Shown piece by piece: positions 56,710 to 64,000 of a stretch of 64,000 nucleotides of DNA (position 1 is its first letter; the number at the start of each line of letters is the position of its first letter). A program made the position numbers and the translations under genes. A model generated the notes under the pieces. The model made no database searches. It saw nothing but the letters and a program-made list of their open reading frames with translations, and was not told where the DNA came from. Source of the DNA: Schizochytrium sp. TIO01 (taxonomy: Eukaryota > Protista > Bigyra: Labyrinthulomycetes); NCBI GenBank assembly GCA_004764695.1, contig SMSO01000037.1, forward strand, positions 4,954,411 to 5,018,410. The letters run 5' to 3'.

Positions 56710-59700
56710 GTGAGTGACTGGAGAACAATGAATCGCCAAGAGGATTTTGAGGCTGATGATATGACACCGCCGCGTGGGCGAGTTGGTCGTGGGTTGAATG
56801 GCACGCCGATGAGGGCGGCGCCTGCGGTAGAGACCGCCGAACTCCCGATGGGAGCCAGAGTGGGGCAAGCGCTTGCCCCCTCGTGGAAGGGACTGGACAA
56901 GGTAAAGCTTGAAGACGCTACGGCGGAAGGATTTGAGACCTTCTGGAATGCACTGTCGGTGTTTATGCTCTTCAACTTCTCAGTCCGAATTGGAGACAGC
57001 CATTGGACGCTCAACTGGAGACCAATGGTCACTATGAATGGGATGTCCATTCGTAACACGAACCTACCCAATGGGTGGAATAGTACTGTGGACATGGTAC
57101 TATACGAAGTACTTAGGTTTGGAGCCGAGATGTTTATAGGAGTTCTTCACCAGGATGGCAATGTGAACCCTACGATGGGGATACATGCGTTGTACAACCT
57201 GGTGAAGGTAAACGCTCGGAGCAAACCGTCGCGGATGGTTGAAACCATCAACAAGCAGTCAATCCTATCGTGGGACCCCTCGAAAGGATCTGAAGGATAT
57301 CAATCGTACATGATCGAAATGCAGAAGCTTCACGCGAAGCTTCGTGTATCCGATCCACAAGAGGCAATCAACCTTGTGACCTTTATGATTGTGAAGAACA
57401 ATGCCCCCACTTACATTCCTGCTGTGGAAAGTGTTGTTCTTCAATTCACGGAGACACAAGACTCGGTGGATCCCATAAAGCTCATGCAGATGATCAAGTC
57501 AACGCTGCAAGGACTTGAAGGTCAGGGAAAGTCTTTGGCTCAACCTACTCCAAGTGCTACTAGACTTGAGTCATCTGCCTATCGTGGAGCAGGCCCGGCT
57601 AGTGGAAAGCAACGAACTGCTTTCGTTGCCCAAGGACCGAAGCGCTCGAGACAGAAGAACCGCTTCTGTTTTCGCTGTCTCAAGAATGATGGCCATACTG
57701 TCGCAGAGTGCCAAACTCTGGAGAAAGACATCGACCCTGACTGGCAAGCCAATGTGCCAGAAGGTCTGAAGCATGCCATCTCTACTTGGGAACATCAGCG
57801 CATGAGGAAGGCATCGAATTCTGCCTACTTTTCTGATTCCCATGAACTTGCGGAGCGAGGACATGTTCTTGTCGACACTGGAGCAACTGACGTATTAGTC
57901 CACAACTTGGACATGCTAGTTGGTGTCGAAAAGCTCAGCACTTCGGATCAAGTGGAGATCAATATTGCCAAGGGCGGACCTTTGATTGCCACTCATCGCG
58001 GTACCCTGAAAATCAAGGTCATTACTGAAGGTTGCAGGCTGCGCTACCTAAAGGTTCGAAATGCCCTGTATGCCCCGGGACTTGCCGTTACTCTCTTAGG
58101 TCGTGATGCTTTGGAGGCAGAAGGCATTTATATTGAATCTGGAGTCAACAAACCTTGGACTTTGGTGAAGCCCAAGGAGAAGTTGGTGATCAAGCTGATC
58201 ACCAACGGTGGATTACTTCGTGTTCCAGCGGAATATTTCGTTCCGCAAGAACAAGAAGTTGAGGAGGTCACTCCGACGAGTAAGGGGGACAAAGATGTTC
58301 CCCAGGAACCGCAACAAGAAGTCTTGGAGACTGTGAAATCCAAGCCGAAAGGTTTCCCAGGAAAGAAGACTTTGCCGGTTGAGCTTGCTCATCGTCGTCT
58401 CTGTCATGTGGGAGTCTCTCGACTCCAGGACATTGAGAAGAATGTGGACAACTTTCATGTCAAGATTGACGAAGAAAGTCGTGCTTGTCCTGCGTGTGGA
58501 CTCTCGAAATCCCGTCTTTTAGCTGTGCCAAGTGGACCTCACGTACAAAGAGTAGAGGGTCCCAGACAGGGGGTATCGATTGACGCCAGTGGCAAGAAAG
58601 TTATGAGTATCGGTGGCCATCGATACTTTATTCTCTTTCGTGATGTGTTTACAAAAGAGATCTTTGTGGAGTTCGTCAAGGACCTTACTGCGGAATCGCT
58701 TTTGGATGCATTCGACCATTTTGTCGCAAAGTGGTCCAAGGGTGGAGAAATCTCGCCACATGTGCAGATTTATGCCGATAATGCCTTTCTTGCGGATGAG
58801 TTTGAAGCGGTCATGACACGTCGTCAATGGCCAATTCATGCGTGTGCAGCGCATGAACACTGGGGAAATGGTATTGCTGAACGAGCGATTGGAAGTGTTG
58901 TTCCTCTTGCGCAAGCAGCAATGGCTGAAACCAAACTTCCCACCAAGTTCTGGCCTTATGCTATTCACATGGCCGCTTATGTGCTTAGTCGTATCCCTCC
59001 ATCGTCTGGGGGGAAGTCTCCGTATGAACTTGGAACTGGCCAGCGTCCTGACCTATCGTCTCTTCGTGTTTTGGGGTGTTACTCGTTGGTTCATCGTGCT
59101 CACCCTGGAACCCCGCTGGAAAAGTCTAAGTTCAGTGGCCGAGCTCGTTCTGGGATTTATTTAGGACCTTCTGATACTCACACGTTTGGTACATCTATAT
59201 TTTTCATGCTGGATACACATAAGCTTGTGTATCGCCGTACCGCAACCTTCTTTGAGTATACGTTTCCTTCTCCGCAAGATCATCCAGAGGAGGCCTTTGC
59301 TCTGGCCACTGCGCAGTCGCGTGGCCTTGACCCTGTCTCTTCTTCTTTTCAGGTTTCCCCATCACTCCAGGGGGGAGAAGCACTAGACACTTTAGCAAAG
59401 TCTGATGACTGGGATGACGTGTCTACTATTGCTGGATCAGATGCAGCACCTGTTTATGAAGAAGAAGATGCAGCAGTGGAAGACACCAATGTGGCTCAAC
59501 ATGTGGAAGACCTTGTCTCTTTGGAGGATAGTGGTGACGAAGACGAGCCTGACCTTAACGCTGAAGAAGATGCATCCGGTGATGTGGGGGACTCAGCTGT
59601 TGTGGATGAAGACTCGTCTGACGAAGGAAACGTGGTGATTCATAACAATGTTCGCTATGGCAATGGTATGCTACCTGCTGTTAAGCCTACCTCTCAAGAA

Positions 59701-61704
59701 GCGCAAGCGAATATCCTACCAACACGCCTTCGTCCTCGCACCAATGCCGCCCTCATGGCTCAATCTGATGCTGCGAAAAGACGCCGTAAGATTCTTTCTA
59801 CTCCTGAACGTCTGTTGAAAGATGTAGAGATTGATGACTTGATTGCTGATGATCCTCTGGACATGTACATTGACAAGGTCTACGCTCCTGAAGGTACAGA
59901 CTTGAGTAAGCTGACGACACCTGAACATTTTGGACAGATTGCAAAGCTACCACCCGCTGAACAAACTCTCTGGCTCCGAGCTGCGGAAGCCGAGATCGAA
60001 GGTATGAAGCGTCATAATACCTTTGACGGATTTGTTAAGGAAGCTGTTGCAAAGAAGACTGGCGAGATTTTACCGACCATTTGGGCTGGCAAAGTGAAGT
60101 CTTCGGGACGGATGAAGATGCGTCTGTGCATGCGTGGAAACTATGAAAAGGGTTTCACTCCGGGGGAGTTCTCATCCCCCACTGCCAGCATGACAGAGGT
60201 CTTTATGGGGATTGTTATGGGCTTGAGTCACAAAGATTGGGTCATGATGACCATCGATGCCAAGCAAGCCTTCCTCCATCCCAAGCTGGACCGTGATGTG
60301 TTCATGCGTCCATCCAAAGAAGTGTCCCGTATGTTAAATGTTCCACCTGGTCATGTTGTCAAGCTTAACAAGGCCTGCTACGGCCTTGCCAGTGCGAGTC
60401 TGGACTGGTATCTGCACATTCGAGGAATCCTTGAGAGTTTTGGACTCAAGGCATGTGATACGGCACCGTGCATGTTCACTTGTAGTGACCTGATGTTGAT
60501 CATCTATGTAGATGACATGGTGGTCTTTGGTACCGAACTCTTTATCAAGAAGCTGATTCTTCACTTGCAGAAGAACGATATAGGCATCACTGTTGATCAA
60601 CAGCAAGGCCGTCTTCTTGGTATGACATGGAAGTTCGATGCTACTGCGAGAACTGTCACCTTCGACATGGCTGAGTATGAACAAAGTATACTCACTCGCT
60701 TTGGTCTTGAAGGTGTGCACACAGCCAGAAGTCCGAGTACTCCGAATGTACAACTACCATTCCTCGAAGGCAAAGAGTCGCAGGACCGCTACCGGAACAT
60801 GGTAGGCTGCTTGGTGTACCTATGCAATGTTCGCCCTGAATTGAGAAATACAGTCCGTCTTCTCTCTCGACACTTGCACAGCAATGGGCCTGAGCACATG
60901 AAAGAGCTTGAACGTGCATATGGTTACATTAAGAAGACCATGGGTCAAACGTTCACACTAACTGGAGTTAAGGAGTCAGAACTTAACTTGAAGTGTTACG
61001 TTGACGCGTCGTGGGCGGATTGCATAAGTACTCGCAGTAGTACGAGTGGTTGGATGATCTTTCTTGGAGGTAGCCTAATTCTGGCCAAGTCCAAGTCCCA
61101 ACCTGCTATTGCGATGAGCAGCATGGAAAGTGAGATGTATGCGTTATCTCAGGCTGCTGCAGACTTATGCAAAATGAGAAGACTCTTTGCTGAGTTGGGT
61201 GGTCAGTTGAAGGAACCCAGCATGATGATTAGCGATAGCCAGTCAACCTTGGCTACTTTGCGTAACCATCAGTTTGCCTCACGTGCCAAACACCTTGACA
61301 TTCGAGAGTTGGTTGTTCGAGACATGTTGCGAAATGGTGAGTTTGACTTATATTTTGTCAAGACCACTCATCAGTTGGCAGACATTCTAACCAAGCCTGT
61401 CGGAGTCAATGTGTTGCAGAGACTGGGCTCCGTGTCCCGCAATGGGTTGAGCACCAACATGGAATTCTTGTTGGAGTGTCAACCAGAGCATTGGGGGCAG
61501 GGGGTGTCGGAGCACAGAGAGGAACGTCCCTGCGGGGCTGCTGTCCCGTTACCCGGTTCCGTGCCACGAGAGCCAGTCAGAGAGTCAGCAGGTAAGTTGA
61601 GTACCTGGTCGACTGTTGGACTGGCTAGTGAGGCACTGCGCAAACGTCTGACGCAAGAGGTGCTGGTGAGCCGTGTGCCTCAGAAAGTTCAGGTCCCCTC
61701 TTAA
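56710..61704 (+). CDS. Element C Gag-Pol polyprotein, about 1660 aa (first ATG at 56728)
   Basis: CFRCLKNDGHTVAEC; LVDTGA; HRRLCH...CPAC; NGIAER; YVDD; YVDASW; QLADILTK. Confidence 0.95.
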   Translation: MSDWRTMNRQEDFEADDMTPPRGRVGRGLNGTPMRAAPAVETAELPMGARVGQALAPSWKGLDKVKLEDATAEGFETFWNALSVFMLFNFSVRIGDSHWTLNWRPMVTMNGMSIRNTNLPNGWNSTVDMVLYEVLRFGAEMFIGVLHQDGNVNPTMGIHALYNLVKVNARSKPSRMVETINKQSILSWDPSKGSEGYQSYMIEMQKLHAKLRVSDPQEAINLVTFMIVKNNAPTYIPAVESVVLQFTETQDSVDPIKLMQMIKSTLQGLEGQGKSLAQPTPSATRLESSAYRGAGPASGKQRTAFVAQGPKRSRQKNRFCFRCLKNDGHTVAECQTLEKDIDPDWQANVPEGLKHAISTWEHQRMRKASNSAYFSDSHELAERGHVLVDTGATDVLVHNLDMLVGVEKLSTSDQVEINIAKGGPLIATHRGTLKIKVITEGCRLRYLKVRNALYAPGLAVTLLGRDALEAEGIYIESGVNKPWTLVKPKEKLVIKLITNGGLLRVPAEYFVPQEQEVEEVTPTSKGDKDVPQEPQQEVLETVKSKPKGFPGKKTLPVELAHRRLCHVGVSRLQDIEKNVDNFHVKIDEESRACPACGLSKSRLLAVPSGPHVQRVEGPRQGVSIDASGKKVMSIGGHRYFILFRDVFTKEIFVEFVKDLTAESLLDAFDHFVAKWSKGGEISPHVQIYADNAFLADEFEAVMTRRQWPIHACAAHEHWGNGIAERAIGSVVPLAQAAMAETKLPTKFWPYAIHMAAYVLSRIPPSSGGKSPYELGTGQRPDLSSLRVLGCYSLVHRAHPGTPLEKSKFSGRARSGIYLGPSDTHTFGTSIFFMLDTHKLVYRRTATFFEYTFPSPQDHPEEAFALATAQSRGLDPVSSSFQVSPSLQGGEALDTLAKSDDWDDVSTIAGSDAAPVYEEEDAAVEDTNVAQHVEDLVSLEDSGDEDEPDLNAEEDASGDVGDSAVVDEDSSDEGNVVIHNNVRYGNGMLPAVKPTSQEAQANILPTRLRPRTNAALMAQSDAAKRRRKILSTPERLLKDVEIDDLIADDPLDMYIDKVYAPEGTDLSKLTTPEHFGQIAKLPPAEQTLWLRAAEAEIEGMKRHNTFDGFVKEAVAKKTGEILPTIWAGKVKSSGRMKMRLCMRGNYEKGFTPGEFSSPTASMTEVFMGIVMGLSHKDWVMMTIDAKQAFLHPKLDRDVFMRPSKEVSRMLNVPPGHVVKLNKACYGLASASLDWYLHIRGILESFGLKACDTAPCMFTCSDLMLIIYVDDMVVFGTELFIKKLILHLQKNDIGITVDQQQGRLLGMTWKFDATARTVTFDMAEYEQSILTRFGLEGVHTARSPSTPNVQLPFLEGKESQDRYRNMVGCLVYLCNVRPELRNTVRLLSRHLHSNGPEHMKELERAYGYIKKTMGQTFTLTGVKESELNLKCYVDASWADCISTRSSTSGWMIFLGGSLILAKSKSQPAIAMSSMESEMYALSQAAADLCKMRRLFAELGGQLKEPSMMISDSQSTLATLRNHQFASRAKHLDIRELVVRDMLRNGEFDLYFVKTTHQLADILTKPVGVNVLQRLGSVSRNGLSTNMEFLLECQPEHWGQGVSEHREERPCGAAVPLPGSVPREPVRESAGKLSTWSTVGLASEALRKRLTQEVLVSRVPQKVQVPS

Positions 61705-62904
61705 GTAGAGGGGGGACCTGAGGTGAACGACGGACGGTTGATTCGCTGGCCACGGGAAGAACGACAGATGGCGTTCGACTTGTTGACCAACGCGGGACGG
61801 CTTATACTTGGACTAAGACTCTGGCTAGGAGTCTTCTTCCAAAAGCCGACCAATTTCTCTCAGAGAGAGGGAAAAGAAAATGACTACTAGTGGATACATT
61901 ACGTAAACACTAGGAGTCCGAGTTATATGCTGCAAAATCGAAGCAGAAAGTCTTCGAAGGCAGCAGACCCGAAACTAAGTTGCAGAGCAACAAGCCTTAA
62001 AGTTTAAACCGATCTTTGTTGTCACCAACCTTCGCTATCGCTTGTCAAAAATATTTTGCAAGCTTGAGAAAAGAAGGTCCAAGTTGTTCCTCTATTTATT
62101 AGCAGGATAAAGGGTAAATTGAATAGTATAAGATTCAATATCTCAACAACGAGATAATATATTAATCATCGAGTGGTACCATTGGGAAGCTGTTTGAATT
62201 TACAACAGGGTAGATGTGTTTTCTCAGAGAAAATACTTTTAATATATAGTTTTACTGACCTTTGAAAGTTTAATTTTAGTCTCTCAAATTATTAATAGGG
62301 GGAAGTAACCAAGTTTAGTAGTGTTCTAACTTTATCAATAGAATAGACAGAGCTTTACAACAAGCACCATTCGATAGCTCATGAATTGTTAAGATGCGTG
62401 TATTTGATTTATGAGAAAAACCATACTTGCAAGCTTGAGAAAAGAAGCTCCAAGTTGTCACTCTATTTGTGAGCAGGATAAAGAATAAATTGATTAGTAT
62501 AATGTTCATTTTCTCAACAATGAGATAATATATTAATCATCCAGTGGTACCATTGGAAAGCTTGAAACATTTACAACCGGGTAGATGTGTTCGTTCAAAA
62601 AAAATGAAATTATGGTTTTGTTTTTATTAACTTTTGAAAGTTATTTCTTAGATTCTCATATTACTCATAACCAGAAAAGGGAAACTTTGTAGTGTCATCA
62701 CTCTATCAATCAAATATTTAGTACTTTTCTACAAGCACCACTAGAATGCTTCACAACTCATCGACGATCAACGTTGAATTATGGTGAGAGAATAGTTTTA
62801 CAAATTTGTCGCGAGGACTGTTGCTCGGTTCTTATATGCAGGTCTTATATTAGGTGGGAACACGGGTAAGCGTTTCCCACAGTAGAGGGAAAAGGGAAAG
62901 AAAA

Positions 62905-62990
62905 ACAGAAGAGATGGGAATCGAACTCAAGACGTAATAAACCTTTTAATTATTTTAACCAAAAGGTGGTCTTAGCACTAAGCCGAATAT
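62905..62990 (-). other. Degenerate tRNA-like / Pol III A-box and B-box element
   Basis: Minus strand reads CGGCTTAGTGCTAAG ... GAGTTCGATTCCC ... TTTTT; no acceptor stem. Confidence 0.35.
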
Positions 62991-63203
62991 TGTTGCTTCG
63001 CTGTACCTTATATAGATAATAGCTCCCAACAATAAAATTAGACATAAGTACTTCCATCATATTATATGCTATTCTTATTGAAATCTCCCATATCCACGAA
63101 TGTCAGCAGGCGCATAAAAACTTTTTATTTTTTAAAATAAAATATTTTCAATTCTTCTTAAAATATTTTTGGTAAAACCATTGATAAATATAATGTATAA
63201 TAG

Positions 63204-64000
63204 TAGGTAAGGTTAGGTAAGGTAAGGTTAGGTTAGGTTAGGTAAGGTAAGGTAAGGTTAGGTAAGGTAAGGTAAGGTAAGGTAAGGTAAGGTAAGGTAA
63301 GGTAAGGTAAGGTAAGGTAAGGTAAGGTAAGGTAAGGTAAGGTAAGGTAAGGTAAGGTAAGGTAAGGTAAGGTAAGGTAAGGTAAGGTAAGGTAAGGTAA
63401 GGTAAGGTAAGGTAAGGTAAGGTAAGGTAAGGTAAGGTAAGGTAAGGTAAGGTAAGGTAAGGTAAGGTAAGGTAAGGTAAGGTAAGGTAAGGTAAGGTAA
63501 GGTAGGTAAGGTTAGGTAAGGTTAGGTAAGGTTAGGTAAGGTTAGGTAAGGTTAGGTAAGGTTAGGTAAGGTTAGGTAAGGTTAGGTAAGGTTAGGTAAG
63601 GTTAGGTTAAGGTTAGGTAAGGTTAGGTAAGGTTAGGTAAGGTTAGGTAAGGTTAGGTAGGTTAGGTTAGGTTAGGTTAGGTTAGGTTAGGTTAGGTTAG
63701 GTTAGGTTAGGTTAGGTTAGGTTAGGTTAGGTTAGGTTAGGTTAGGTTAGGTTAGGTTAGGTTAGGTTAGGTTAGGTTAGGTTAGGTTAGGTTAGGTTAG
63801 GTTAGGTTAGGTTAGGTTAGGTTAGGTTAGGTTAGGTTAGGTTAGGTTAGGTTAGGTTAGGTTAGGTTAGGTTAGGTTAGGTTAGGTTAGGTTAGGTTAG
63901 GTTAGGTTAGGTTAGGTTAGGTTAGGTTAGGTTAGGTTAGGTTAGGTTAGGTTAGGTTAGGTTAGGTTAGGTTAGGTTAGGTTAGGTTAGGTTAGGTTAG
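63204..64000 (+). repeat. Telomere: TAAGG block, then alternating TTAGG-TAAGG, then pure (TTAGG)n
   Basis: Direct reading of the sequence; the G-rich strand runs to the end of the window. Confidence 0.98.

Larger units (their letters stand above)
56140..62047 (+). mobile_element. Ty1/copia LTR retrotransposon C, intact
   Basis: Apparently identical 543-bp TG...CA LTRs (56140-56682, 61505-62047); TSD AAAAT (56135-56139 / 62048-62052); PPT GGGGGCAGGGGG; PBS GATTAAGAGTCA. Confidence 0.97.
54040..62740. repeat. Subtelomeric long-repeat array 3 (about 370-bp unit, about 7.5 copies), interrupted by element C
   Basis: GTGGTACC.TTGGAAAGC recurs at about 54411, 54781, 55152, 55520, 55891, 62173 and 62544; removing element C plus its TSD restores 369-bp spacing. 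Confidence 0.93.

Noticed and set aside
62820-62885. Possible 5S rRNA (TAGGTGGGAACACGGGT)
   Set aside because: Only a short resemblance to a 5S 3' segment; the rest of 5S is not recognisable. I found no convincing 5S gene in the window.

Overview
Terminal 64 kb of a eukaryotic chromosome arm. The 18S rRNA and the overall layout point to a thraustochytrid stramenopile (Aurantiochytrium/Schizochytrium-like). From left to right: (1) a transposon-relic-rich region carrying a purple acid phosphatase, a peroxisomal FATP-type acyl-CoA synthetase, a HET/TIR-like-domain protein and a GT32 glycosyltransferase split by a Ty1/copia insertion; (2) a spliced LRR-Roc-COR-TIR (ROCO) gene built from 84-nt LRR exon cassettes with near-identical introns, followed by a second locus carrying the same cassettes; (3) a single 18S-5.8S-28S rDNA unit transcribed toward the telomere; (4) three arrays of long subtelomeric repeats (about 412, 531 and 370 bp units, LORE-TEARS-like) holding two intact Ty1/copia elements; (5) a layered TAAGG/TTAGG telomere. 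Most notable are a candidate LRR exon-cassette diversification system attached to a ROCO-TIR receptor, and a clade of three copia elements whose primer sites match different tRNA anticodon halves (iMet, Lys-CUU, possibly Ile-AAU). One of the three has TA...TA LTRs that contain the host telomere repeat.
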